Assembly: GCF_964355755.1 (NCBI RefSeq)
Contig: NC_092676.1
Span: 6,797,888-6,861,887 of the forward strand
Source of the DNA: Antedon mediterranea
Lineage: Eukaryota > Animalia > Echinodermata
DNA: 64,000 nucleotides
Direction of reading: 5' to 3'
Shown: positions 1 to 13,670 of the stretch, one piece after another
Numbering within the stretch: position 1 is the first letter of the stretch
How the letters are laid out: every line of letters starts with the position of its first letter
The notes under the pieces: generated by a model
Database searches by the model: none
What the model was told of the DNA's origin: nothing
The model's input: only the letters and a program-made list of their open reading frames with translations
Position numbers and translations under genes: made by a program

Positions 1-3000
1 GTTACGTGTTTATTCACACCTGAAATGGTGTCCCTCTAAAATTGTGAATTTACAAGCAGATTTAACGTATTACAAAACTATAGCGTGAAAATTGAACATT
101 AATTAATCTATTAATGTATTATTTTGTTTATGAAATGAAATGAAATAAATGCATTATGTTTTTATATCTACATATATATCCATTTATATATCTACTATAA
201 TAACCGTCTCAGCTTAATATTTTATCGAAATATGGTCATTATTTCTCCATTGAAATTTATATCAAAGATGTTACTCTAATATGACTTTATATTTTCTTTT
301 CGGTTGCTTCTCTTCATCAGTTATTTGGTTTTTGTTATTAAACCCAGCAATCAGTAAATGATAGGCCTATATTGATATTCTGTTCATGTCAATGTTCAAA
401 TTTAAGGTCATATAATGATAGTGAAACTCTTTTTTATATTAGGTCTTCGTTATAGACGCTAATAGTAGGGCCTAATATGTTTATATTTAGACCTAAGCAA
501 TAATCCGATTAACAACAAATTACATTACATAGAAGTATGTCAATTCATTAAAACAAAATCTCTCACAAACTTGTGGATTGTCAGAAAATTCAATTAAAAA
601 ATATTATGTTCCAAATGATCCCCACACGGTACTTTACAGTAAATTATCAAACTATCAATGTCACTTTGACTCTCACCCCCACAATTCGTTCGCGTGCACC
701 TTATCATTTTCGAAACTTTACCTTTGAATATACAAGCAAAATAGGCCATCTGAATACAATGGTGTTTGCTTTCTGATTGATAATATTCTCTTTTATTTTG
801 TGTGATGATTTCATTGTCGATTTGAGAGATCGTTTACTTTTGGTTGGGACGGCGGCACTCAAAACAGTGCTGAATTAAACGACCTAAACTAAGCGTGTTG
901 GTTAAAAAGAGTAAATATTACTAACTTAATTTATCAAACCATGCCTACTAGGCCTACTTATTTTTGCAGTAAGTCAACCACCACCACATTACCACCACAA
1001 TTTCAGCAGCAACAGCTCTTTATAAGCTATAGTTATTGTTATTGAAACATGTTGAAATCCACAATATATTTTTGTCATGCAATAATATCAACATTATTTT
1101 GAATGATGCTTTTGCAACAGCGGCACAAAATATCGTTAGTACATCTTAATAATAACAATCTTTTAATGTCAATAGCAAAAATACAATTTAAAACAATGCA
1201 ATCAAATAACGAGAGGAAAATATAAGTAATTACAGTAAATAAAGTTTTGTGAATAGAAAATCGTAAAAACCATGCCTTTTTGATATTATCTTTTACAAAA
1301 ACTTGTCAAATAATGTTATAAGAAGAGTAAACTTTGGGTCATTAATAAAGTAATCATAGTTACCAAGTGTTAACGTTAATTTTAACCAGAAATTAAAAAG
1401 TTTTAAAGAATAGGTCCTATATATTTTACGATAGTTGTCAAGCATTTGAATCACACTAAAACCAAATACGGTGGGTGTAAGTGTGTATAAATCGTTACTG
1501 TATTGATTAGTTTTTCCGTTGTTCTTTCTGATCAATTATTCTGTTCCGCTAGAACATGGTGATCAAGGAAAGCAATTGACCAAAACAAATACATGATAGG
1601 ATGTCAAAATCAACATTTCCATTTCGTGCCAACTTGTCACAATGTCAAGTTGACCTCCGTCCCCAAAATGATTCCCGTGCACCATATCATCTTTGACACT
1701 TTACTTCTGAAAATACAATTAGCAGATATGACAAGCAAAATGGACAATTTGAATACAATGGTGTTTTCTGATCGATGAGATTTTCTTTATCTTGTATATT
1801 TATGTATCCAATTGAAACAGGACAAATTTGTAATCATTTTTTTTGCGATGTATGCGTGAACATTAAACACAACTATTAGGATACAAATATTGTTTTCGAC
1901 TTTCGAATCAATTTCAATAAAAATAATTTACAATAATACAATACATTCGTTGCGAAATCGTAATAAATATACGTAGGCAAAACAAACAATTTATTAGATA
2001 AAGTAACATTACCAACCGGACTTATTATACTATTATTATGTGAGACAATTCAACTAAAATGAAGGCAGAACAATCTGAACAAAAAGTATATGAAAAATAC
2101 CAGTATATCAATATGGATGTACCCACAAACAAAAACAAGAAATTACTAATCCGTTTTAACGAATTAGTAATTCGGGAGAACGGATTACGCTCGAAAAACA
2201 TGAGATGAAACAATTAATTTTTATAAAGATTATTGTCTGTACTGTTTCTATGGAAATGAAATAAAGAAAAAGAGATATTAAATGAATTCGTTATGTTTCT
2301 ACAACTACGACAACCGCCTCAGCTTAATTGATTGAAACATGGTACTTCTTTCTTCATTGAAATGTATATCAAAAAGATGTATTTTTTTCTTTCGATTATT
2401 TCTCTTTATCAGTTATTTGGTGTTTGTCATTAAATCCAATAAGCAATATATCATATGTCTATATTGATATGTTATTCTTGTCAGACAATACGATTTTCAA
2501 TTTTAGGCAATTGGGCAATTCTTTTTTATGATTTTATAGGTCTTCCTTATAGACCCATGAAGATTATGTATGGTTATATTTAGACATAACCAATTATACG
2601 ATTCACAGAAATTAAATAACAATACATAGAAGTACTGTAGGCAATTCATCCAAAAAGGAGACTCTCAAAATCCATCACACAAACATGTTGCTCAACACAG
2701 ACAATTATTAAAGAAAGTATTGCTCTATATAAAACCATCTCCCGCTCGGTACTTTGCATATCATTGATTGGTCAATCAATGTCCCTTTGACACACACCCA
2801 CAATTCGTTCCGTGCACCTAATCATATTCAAAACTTACCTTTGAATTTACAAGCAGATATGACAAGCATAATTGGTTCTTTGAAAGCAATATAATCTTTG
2901 CGATTGATAATATTGTTTAATAATTTATTCTTTTCAAACTATCAGCATTCATAGTGATTTTCTTTTACATTTAGGCCATAAACAAACCGCCACCGCATAC

Positions 3001-6000
3001 GTTTACTTTATATACAGTTTTGTTATTGAAACATGTTAATTAACATTCAGGATATATTCAGTTAAGTCCTGCAAAGTTGTCTCTCTGTTATCCATTCATT
3101 TATCCATAACCTTTTCTAAACTACGAGATATAAATATGTTTCAATTATAATGTGTTATTTTTCTATTCATCTTCAATATAAATATTTGATGTTAATATGG
3201 CTTTCGACATTTCAACATGTTCATGCCGACTTAGAAAATTAACAATGACATTTACTTTCAGAACCATTATCCACTTGATGTACCACATATTCAATCAAAT
3301 CACTTTGAACTAACCCGTTAACCACTACTTTTATTCATGTAATTTTCAAATGTTTATATTAACAGATTATTGTCTTGTACTGTTTTCTATGGAAATGAAG
3401 TCTGAAATAAAGATAAATGAAATAAATACATTATGTTTTTATATCTACAATAACCGCTTCAGCTTAATTTATTGAAACATGGAAATGTTTTCTCTATTGA
3501 AATTTATATCAAAGGTCTAATGAAATCTAATACGACTATTTTTTTCTTTTCGATTGCTTCTTTTCATCAGTTATTTGCTGTTTGTCATTAAATAACAGAT
3601 TCGATAAATAGTAGGCCTATATTGATATTTTTGTCCGTGTCCCCTTTTTAGAAAATAACATGATAGTGGAAATTTGTTTTACTTTAGTTCTTCTTAGACG
3701 CTAAGAATTAGTATTGTTATATAGACCTATAAGCAATAATTCGATTAACAACAGATTACATTATATTACATAGAAGTAGTTAATTAAACAAAAAAATCTC
3801 TCACAAATTTGTTGCTTGTCAGAAAATATTTTAAAAAATATTATGTTCGAAACCATACCCACTCGGTACTTTGCAGTAAATTATTTGATCAATAACTCAA
3901 ACAAATTGTTCTCGTGCACCTTATCTTTTTCAAAACTTTACCTTTGAATGTACAAGAATATACGACACGCAAAGTGGGCCATCTGAATACAATGGTGTTT
4001 GCTTTATAATTGATAATATTCTCTTTTATTTTGTTTGATGATTTCATTATCGATTTGAGAGATAGTTTACCTTTGGTTGGAACGGCGGCACTCGCTGAAT
4101 CAAACGACCTAAACAAAGCGAGTTGGTTAAAAAGAGTAAATATTAATATTAATTTATCAAACCATGCCTATTAGGTCTACTTATTTATTTTTGCAGTAAG
4201 TCAACCACCACCACATTACCACCACAATTTTATGTCAGCTCTTTATTAGCTACAGTTTTTGTTATTGAAACATGTTGAATTCCATGATAGGCCTATATAT
4301 ATATTAGGCAAAACAAACAATAGATAAAATAACTTTATTTTTACTTTATAACTTTAACTATATTCTCGGCTTAAAACTAAAGGCAGTCAAACCATAAACA
4401 AAGAATAATAATTTTAACAATTTAACTTCTGTGTTTTTCGGTATACAAATATATAATACAACATTCAGAATACGTGAAAATTCGTTCACGATCAGCTTCA
4501 TTTTCGAAATTTGAAATAGGGCATGTTTTCTGATTTAGAACTCTACTCAACTCTAAAATCATATATTATTCAAGTAATTTTAACAAAACACTAAACTAAG
4601 CAAAAATTGTACATCCTGTTAACGATGCTCACATAAAGGGCATCATTTTTTAAAAGCAATACATTCAGTGGCGGTGTAAGCTTTCTGATTAATAATTATT
4701 ATGTACATCTATTTGTGGATTAACTTAACTCTGAAATGGTGATGTGATTATAAAAAGCTATTTTAACGAATATGCGCTAAACTAAGCTTTATTAATAAGA
4801 AATATTACTATTTATTACATATTCTTTTACAAGTAAAGTAAAAATACTAAAACATGAAAAAAGCAACTTCATTTTTGAGAGACGTTTTAAAGAAGGCGTT
4901 TTCCCTCCACACAATAATTGTTAGGTCAATTTTATAATATTCGACATCTTTAACGCTTTTCTGAAATTTAGACAATTTTCGAACCATTCGTTATTCGATC
5001 AATGTCACTTTGACCCCCCATCCCCAAAATCGTTTCCGTGCACCTTATCATTTTTGGTACTTAACTTGTTAATATACAAGCAGATATTACAAGCAAAATG
5101 AGCCATCTGAACACAATGGTGTTTGCTTTCTGATTATTAATATTCTCTTACATATTATCTCTTTTACACGTTACTTTTGAAAGGATGTCATTCGGAAATC
5201 GTGAAATTAAGAAAGAAATAGATATGTTACGTTTAATTTCATGGTAACATTTATATTTTTTATCATCGGTAAGATGGTGTTCAGTTTATTGTGTGAATGA
5301 ATCATTTTAGATAGGCCTACATGTTACCGTAAGTAGGCTGCAACTACATTAGTTCTTCTTTTAATTATGTAAGTGACGATCAACTGGACTCTCTGTATGC
5401 ACTATATTGTATAATGCTTTTTTTTTTTCGAAAAGGTAGCGTTCTGTATTATTGTGTGTTTTTATTTCATTTGATACATTCCATCATTGATAGACCGTCA
5501 CTATAAAATTGTTGTGTGACAATACAGAAAATTTTAATGAGCTAAACTAAGCAAGACAATTAAATAGAAATAATATTTTTGAAAATTAGTTTTAGAAAGA
5601 GTATTGTTTATTACTGTTTTCTATGTAAATGACATCCAAAATAAAGAGAAATGAAATGAATACATTCTGTTTTTATAACTTAGTTTAGGCCTAAACATCT
5701 CAGCTTAATTTATTTAAACATGAAAATTATTTCTCAATTGAAATTTATATCAAAGATGTTTAACCTAATTTTTCATTGCGATTGTTTCTCTTCATCTGTT
5801 ATTTGGTGTCTCTCAAAAACTTGTTGTTGGTTGCAGAAAAATTACAACGAAGGAAAATAAATGCCTCAGTGTAAGGAACTCTTCTCCCTCAGTGCTTTGC
5901 ACCACATTTCATTAATGTCACCTTGACTCTCACCCACAATTCGTTCTTGTGCACCTTATCATTTTCAAACCTTTACATTCGAATGTACAAGAAGATAAGG

Positions 6001-9000
6001 CAAGCAAAATGGCCCATATGAATACAATGCTGTATGTTTTCTGATAATATTCTTTTTTTATTGTGTGTGTTTATTTACACTTTACATTTTAATGAGTGTC
6101 GTTCTGGAATCGAACTACTCAGCAAAACATTAACATCAAGATAAATATTAACCACCTAATGTCATTTATTATATTTTATAAATAATTATTTTAAAATAAT
6201 ATATTTGTCTATCTTGTAATATTGTTTAATAAACTAGCATGCCATTTTAATTAATTATATCGATAATAAAATGAGAATTAGTTTTTTAAGATTATTATTA
6301 TAAGTCTTTATTGTCTCTATTCTCTTTTTTCCATGGAAATGAAGTCTAAAATAAAGAGAAATGAAATGAAATTAATACAATTATGATTTTACATCTACAA
6401 TAACCGCCTCAGCTTAATTTATTGAAACATGGTACTTATTTATCCATTGAAATTTATATCAAAGATGTTAATCTAATATGACTTTATATTTTCTATTCGG
6501 TTGCTTCTCTTCATCAGTTATTTGGTGTTTGTCATTAAACCTAACAATCGGTAAATGATAGGCCTATATTGATATTCTGTTCATGTCAATGTTCAAAATT
6601 TAGGTCATAATAATGATAGTGAAACTCTTTTTTATATTAGGTCTTCGTTATAGACGCTAATAGTAGGACCTAATATGTTTATATTTAGACCTAAGCAATA
6701 ATCCGATTAACAACAAATTACATTACACTACATAGAAGTAGTCAATTCATTAAAACAAATCTCTCACAAACTTGTTGATTGTCAGAAAATTTAATTTAAA
6801 AAATATTATGTTCGAACTCTTTACAGTAAATTATCAAACGAACAATGTCACCTTGACTCTCGTGCACCTTATCTTTTTCGAAACTTTACCTTTGAATATA
6901 CAAGCAGATATTACAAGCAAAATGGGCCATCTGAATACAATGGTGTTTGCTTTCTGATTGATAATATTCTCTTTTATTTTGTGTGATGATTTCATTATCG
7001 AATTGAGAGATATTTTACCTTTGGTTGGGACGGCGGCACTCAAAACAGTGCTGAATTAAACGACCTAAACTAAGCGTGTTGGTTAAAAAGAGTAAATATT
7101 ACTAAATTAATTTATCAAACCATGCCTACTAGGCTTACTTATTTATTTTTGCAGTAAGTCAACCACCACCACATTACATTAAATTTATTTGGAATGTCTC
7201 TTCTGCAACAGCGGCACAAACCTATCGGTAGTGCACCATAATAATGAAAGTCATAAAATGCCAATTAAAAATTCAATAAATAAATGCAATCAAAAAACAA
7301 GAAGAAAACACAAATATTACAGTAAGTACTTAAGTTTTCATGGTACTTGTCAAATATCATAAAGAAGATAAAACTTTGGGTCATTAATAAAGTAGTCAGA
7401 GTTACCAAGAGTTAACGTTAATTTTAACCAGAAATTAAAAAGTTATAAAGAATAGATCCGATATATTTTACGATATTTGTAACAAATAAAATCGTTTGAA
7501 TCACAAACTAAAACCAAATAAGGTGCAAGTGTGTATTTATTGTTATCGAATCGTTTTTCCGTTATTCTTTCTGATCAATTGTTCTGTTCCGCTAGGACAT
7601 GGTGTTCAAGGAGAGCAATTGACCAAAACAAATACATGATAGGATGTCAAAATCAGCATTTCCATTTCATGCCAACTTGTCACAATGTCAATTTGACCTC
7701 CGTCCCCAAATGGTTCCCGTGCACCGTGTCATCTTTGACACTTTACGTTTGAAAATACAATTAGCAGATATGACAAGCAAAATTGAATACAATAGTGTTT
7801 TCTGATCGATGAGATTTTCTTTATCTTGTATATTTATGTATCCAATTGAAACACGACAAATTTGTAATCATGTTGCGATATATGCGTGAACAGTAAACAG
7901 AAATAATAGGATACAAATATTGTTTTCGACTAATTCATTTATTTTTGTGAAATCAATTTAAATAAAAATAATTGTACAATAATACAATACAGTCGTTAGG
8001 AAATCTTAATAAATATACGTAGGCAAAACAAACAATTTATTAGATAAAATAACATTACTAACCGGACTTAGAATTAAAGCCAATCAAACCATAACAAAAC
8101 ATAATGATTTCAACAATTCACATTTTGTGTTTCTCGGGATACGAACACCAACATTAGTGCATTAGTTTAATTTCTTTTCAAATATTATTATGTGAGACAA
8201 TCCAAATGAAATGAAGGCAGAACAATCTGAACAAAAAGAAAATTGTGGGTACCAGTATATCAATATGGATGTACCCACGAACAAAAACAAAAAATTACTA
8301 ATCCGTTTGAACGGATTACTAATTCGTTTTAACGAATTAGTAATTCGGTAGAACGGAAAACGCTCGAAAAACATGAGATAAGAATTAATTTTTATAAAGA
8401 TTATTGTCTTGTACTGTTTCTATGGAAATGAAATAAAGAAAAATAGAAATTAAATGAATTCGTTATGTTTCTACAACTACGACAACCGCCTCAGCTTTAT
8501 TATTTGAAACATGGTACTTATTTCTCCATTGAAATGTATATTGAAAGATGTATTTTTTTCTTTCGATTATTTCTCTTTATAAGTTATTTGGTGTTTGTCA
8601 TTAAATCCAATAAGCAATATATCATATGTCTATATTGATATGTTGTTCCTGTCAGACAATACGATTTTCAATTTTAGGCCATCAGACAAAACAATTGGGC
8701 AATTCTTTTTTTATGATTTTATAGGTCTTCCTTATAGACCCATGAAGAATATGTATGGTTATATTTAGACATAAACAATTATACGATTCACACAAATTAA
8801 ATAACAATACATAGATGTACTGTAGGAAATTCATCCAAAAAGGAGACTCTTCAAATCCATCACACAAACATGTTGCTCAAAATTATTAAAGAAAGTATTG
8901 CTCTATTTAAAACCATCTCGCGTTCGGTACTTTGCACATCATTGATTGGTCAATCAATGTCACTTTGACACACACCCACAATTCGTTCCGTGCATCTAAT

Positions 9001-9890
9001 CATAATATTCAAAACTTACCTTTGTTTGAAATACAGATAAATGAAATAATACATAATGTTTTTATATCTACAATAACCGTCTCAGCTTAATTTATCGAAA
9101 CATGGACATTATTTCTCCATTGAAATTTATATCAAAGGTCTAATCAAATCTAATATGACTATTTTTTTCTTTTCGGTTGCTTCTTTTCATCAAATTACAT
9201 TATATTACCTAGAAATAGCCAATTAAACAAAAAAAATCTCTCGCAAACTTGTTGCTTGTCAGAAAATATAACAAAATATTATGTTCGAAACCACCCCCAC
9301 TCAGTACTTTGCAGTTCGATTCAATCAATGACACCTTGACTCTCACCCCCACAACTCGTGCACCTTATCATTTTCGAAACTTTACCTTTGAATGTACAAG
9401 CAGATACGACAAGCAAAATGGTCTATCTGAATACAATGGTGTTTGCTTTCTGATTGATAATATTCTCTTTTATTTTGTTTGATGATTTCATTATCGATTG
9501 AGAGATAGTTTACCTTTAGGACGGCGGCACTCAAAACAGTGATTACCCAAAACAGTGATGACTCAAAACAGTGATGAATCATAATCTAAACTAAGCGTGT
9601 TGGTTGAAAATAGTAAACTAATATTAATTTATCAAACTAGGCCTAATAGGCCCGGACTTATTTAGTTGGCAGTAAGTCAACCACCACCACAATTTCATAT
9701 GCAGCTCTTTATTAGCTACAGTTTTTGTTATTCAAACATGTTGAAATCCATGATAGGCCTATTTTTTGTCATGCACTAATAATCTTTTGAATGACGCTTT
9801 TGCAACAGCGGCAGAAACATATTGGTAGTGCATCCTAATAATAATAATAATTTTAAAATACCAATAGCAAAAATACAATATTCAATTAAA
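1..9890. repeat. Complex diverged tandem array (~1-kb modules, ~6.1-kb higher-order duplication)
   Basis: Core aatgtcac(t/c)ttgac...gtgcacc...ctttacctttgaa...caagcaaaat...gaatacaatggtgttt recurs near 657, 1640, 2777, 3910, 5000, 5915, 6844, 7683, 8957 and 9327. Block ~130-2840 is repeated at ~6360-9020. Confidence 0.9.
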
Positions 9891-10413
9891 TTTTAAACTT
9901 TATTTTAGACAAACTGTGCATATGAACATATACTATACAATAAGATGATAAGGAAAAAAAGAAATACAAAAGCATTATATGACAACCGTTATGGAGAGTG
10001 GACCAAGAATTATTTGTTGACATATAGGGCCTCTCTCCGCCTAAAATACATTTTGGACTCAAAAAATAAATATTCATGTTATACAAATTCAGATTCTATT
10101 TTTGCATTTAATACTTCTGTAAAGAAAAAGATAAATGTTGAGCCTTAAGAATTCATAAAAAGATGGAACATTATTTTCCACAAACAGATTTCTTGTACTG
10201 AGATATCGGGGTTGATCAGATAGTCCTATGGCTATGTGTATTCTTTCTTATTTCTTGGACCAATTCAAAGATGGTGAACAATTCAGTTGCCGTGGTATTT
10301 TAGTTAAATTGCTATTTTTTTTAAATTTGCCGTGATTTTTTATTTAAAATTGCCGTGGGAGCTTTTTTTTATTAATGTGACTTAAAAAAATGCCGTGGCT
10401 TTTTTTTACTTAA

Positions 10414-10728
10414 AGATGTATTGTCCCCTTGAAAAAATAATTATTAACAAAATATTTGTTGAATATGCCATTTTAATGTAACAATAGTTATCCACTTTGA
10501 CAAAAAACTGGATCGAAAAAATGTATTTACCTGAAAAAACTGTAATTTTAAAGCAGAAAATGGTCAAATTGTCTGCCAGCCAATGGGTTTTTGGTTGAAT
10601 TTAACTTGTCATTTTATAAGTGAAAACTTCATCTGAAGTGATTAACTTTATTAAAACTACAAAATAATCTATTCAAAGTCTGATTTTATTAATCTTTACT
10701 TTTCATGTTTTTGGGGGACAATACATCT
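10414..10728. mobile_element. MITE flanked by TTAA, Kolobok-like
   Basis: ttaa|agatgtattgtcccc ... ggggacaatacatct|ttaa. Related copies at ~12851-12990 (partial) and ~22230-22518. Confidence 0.75.
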
Positions 10729-11276
10729 TTAAATTGCCATGATATTATTGGAAGTTGCCGTGACACTTACAGGCCACCGTAATTTTTATTTGTAGAGGGC
10801 GGAGAGAGGGGAAGAGAGCGCGCGGTAAATTTGATCTAAAATCAGCAAAGCGTGACGATGAAAACAAGAAGTGAATAATTATGCAATTTTGTTACCGTTT
10901 TACTTTTAGTTTACATACATTTGTTTATGTTAATATTTTTAATTGAACTATATAAACGTTCTAGCCTAGGCCTCCTATAATTAGTTGTAGGCCTAAGGCT
11001 AGGTAGGAACTAAACTAGGCTAGTTGCAGGCCCAGAACACGTGGCCTAGCCTGACTATCCTAGCTATATAGTAGGAGTAACTCAGGCATAGATAGATAGC
11101 TAGCTAGGCCCTACTACTGTACTATGCCCCTTACTTAACCCTAGCATTAAGACTTATAAGACTAATAATTATGATAATAAATCATGCCTAGGCCTAGTAA
11201 TAGTATTGTTAATGTTAAAAATTAAAATTTTTATTTTCCAGAGTTTTAAATGTATTCTTATCGCATCAATATTTTA

Positions 11277-12169
11277 GGGTGTGTAGAAAGCGACGACCTC
11301 GAATTGGACGACCCATAACACGAAACCGACGACCCCTGATTTGATTTGATTTGAATTTATTTGGAAAATCATCATAAAAAATACATACAAAGTGATAACA
11401 TAAATTACGGACATTACAAATAATACTTTTATAAAAGACTTTCCAGGATAGCCCAAAAAGCTTATCAGCTTATTTCCATTGGGATCATATAAGGCTATAG
11501 CCTAGCCTAGGCCTAAGTGTGGTATAACATCCTGAAGCCGAACACAGCCAAATATCTTTAAACCATACAATATAATACTCGCAAGCAAGCAATTGATTGA
11601 AAAAATACAGAAATATCGCCATTTGATACTGAATGTGTCCACACGAACAAACGAACAGATATGGAACGCCAAGAGTGCATCATTAAAACTGCATTTGACT
11701 CGATTAGCACACGAAATATCATAAACATGGCAAACCAGGTCAAAACGGCCCCTTTTTCAGCGGCTCAGTGGATTGGTCATTGTTAACCCAAATAATCAAA
11801 TCACCTTACCGGCCGCTGAAAAAGGGGCCGTTTTGACCTGGTTTGCCATGTTTATGATATTTCGTGTGCTAATCGAGTCGAATGCAGTTTTAATGATGCA
11901 CTCTTGGCGTTCCATATCTGTTGGTTTGTTCGTGTCGACCCATTCAGTATTAAATGGCGATATTTCTGTATTTTTTCAATCAATTGCTTGCTTGCGAGTA
12001 TTATATAAGGAATGGTCGGCTTCGGGATGTTATACCACACTTAGGCCTAGGCTAGGCTATAGGGGTCGTCGGTTTCGTGTTATGGGTCGTCCAATTCTAG
12101 GTCGTCCAATTCGAGGTCGCCCGGGTCGTTGGGGTCGTCCAATTCGAGGTCGTCGCTTTCTACACACCC
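11277..12169. mobile_element. Foldback non-autonomous DNA transposon, MULE-like, 10-bp TSD
   Basis: TIR gggtgtgtagaaagcgacgacctcgaattggacgaccc with its reverse complement at the right end. Direct repeat caatatttta at 11267-11276 and 12170-12179. Internal inverted arms ~11495-11765 and ~11810-12062. Confidence 0.85.
11339..11494 (-). mobile_element. Retroposon 3' tail fragment inserted in the left arm of the MULE-like element
   Basis: Present in the left arm only. The minus strand ends aataaattcaaatcaaatcaaatc, a CR1/L2/SINE-type tail. Confidence 0.55.
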
Positions 12170-13000
12170 CAATATTTTAATATCAGCAAAAAAATAAAAT
12201 AAGCAATCATATTTATAGTTTAGCAAACTACACTTTGGCAATGGAAGTTGCAAGGAATAACCCAGTTGGTTTCCCTTGGATTTACTGGTTGAGCCATGCT
12301 GGCTTTGATACAACTCAATATTTGATGGCGGAAATTGTTTCTGTGGAGGTTGTATGATTTGAAATTTTGTTTTTGTCTCTCTTGTGAACTTTATTCAATC
12401 AATCATAACAACATAATAATTTATTTTTTTTCACAAAAATGATAACCATAATAACATGTAGTAACGTGATTTTTACAACAATAATAATTATAAGGTATAC
12501 AGTGATTATTTACAGTGTTTATTTACAATAATGATGATAATAATAAATATAGAATAGTGATTATTTATAAGCACAGCCAATTAACAGTGAAAAATAACAC
12601 TGACTTTTGATAATATTGAAAAATTAATGAAACACAGAAGTAAAAGAAGAATACTACTGTAATAAATACTGAACAAATACAATGTTTCATTAGAGAAGTA
12701 ATCTTTTTTTTTAGATTTTAGATCCTCCAATTGAAGATATTTACTTTGGACATGGAATTTTGACCGATAAGTATCAGAATATTGATGCATATTTCACCAA
12801 AACTTGTGTAAACAATTATGATTGGTAACTATTTCGACGTTTTATTTTATTTAAAGATGCGTATTGTCCCCAAAAAACATGAAAAATGAAGATTATTAAA
12901 TACAGACTTTGAATAGGCCATTTTGTAGTTTAAACAAAGCCAATTTGACTATTTTTTGACTAGTTTTTTTTTCAGGTAATAATTTTTTTCCAGCTGTGTA

Positions 13001-13174
13001 CAGTGGCGTAACAGCTATAAGCGCTCACTGGTTAAACTCAGGTGCCCCGGAGCTTATGGGGGCCATGATCAGTGCCCAGAGAAAAAAACAGACATTAAAA
13101 TATGTCGAAAGGGCTAAAAACGCCCAAGGCCTCCTTCCTAAACAAGGGCCTCATGCCTCTGCGTTACGCCACTG
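13001..13174. mobile_element. hAT-type MITE with 8-bp TSD
   Basis: TIR cagtggcgtaac...gttacgccactg with perfect TSD gctgtgta on both sides. Confidence 0.85.
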
Positions 13175-13431
13175 GCTGTGTAGCCTACTAAAGGCCTACC
13201 ATTTTCATCTTAATCTTAATGATATTTTTCTCTCAGCCTGTTAGTGCAGGTTTCATATCTCTGTTGGCTGTGAATAGTTAAAATTAAAATCAAAAGTTAT
13301 TTATACTTTAATTCTCTTTTTTTTCTCCTATAATGCAGTTTAAAAATGTTATTTCTTTGTCAATAATGTCTTCTTTGTTAATATGTATTTATTTATACTT
13401 TTTGGAGTAAAGTGAATATATTATTATTATT

Positions 13432-13660
13432 GCTTTGTCAATAATGTCATTTATTTGTCAATAATTTCATTGCGTTGTCAATAATGTCATTGTAAATAAT
13501 GTCATTATTTGTCAATGTCATTGTTTGTCAATAATGTCATTGTTTGTCAATAATGTCATTGCTTTGTCAATAATGTCATTGCTTTGTCAATAATGCCATT
13601 GTTTGTCAATAAATTTCATTTTTTGTCAATAAATGTCATTGCTTTGTCAATAATGTCATT
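13432..13660. repeat. ~19-20-bp minisatellite (gtcaataatgtcattgcttt), ~11 copies
   Basis: Directly visible tandem units. Confidence 0.9.
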
Positions 13661-13670
13661 ATATTTTCAG

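Noticed and set aside
10790-10880. Possible promoter and first exon (GC box, ATG AAA ACA AGA) of the orphan gene
   Set aside because: No donor in the phase required by exon 13671 was found, so it was not included in the gene model.
11558-12180. Paired near-identical ORFs on opposite strands
   Set aside because: Products of the inverted arms of a foldback transposon.
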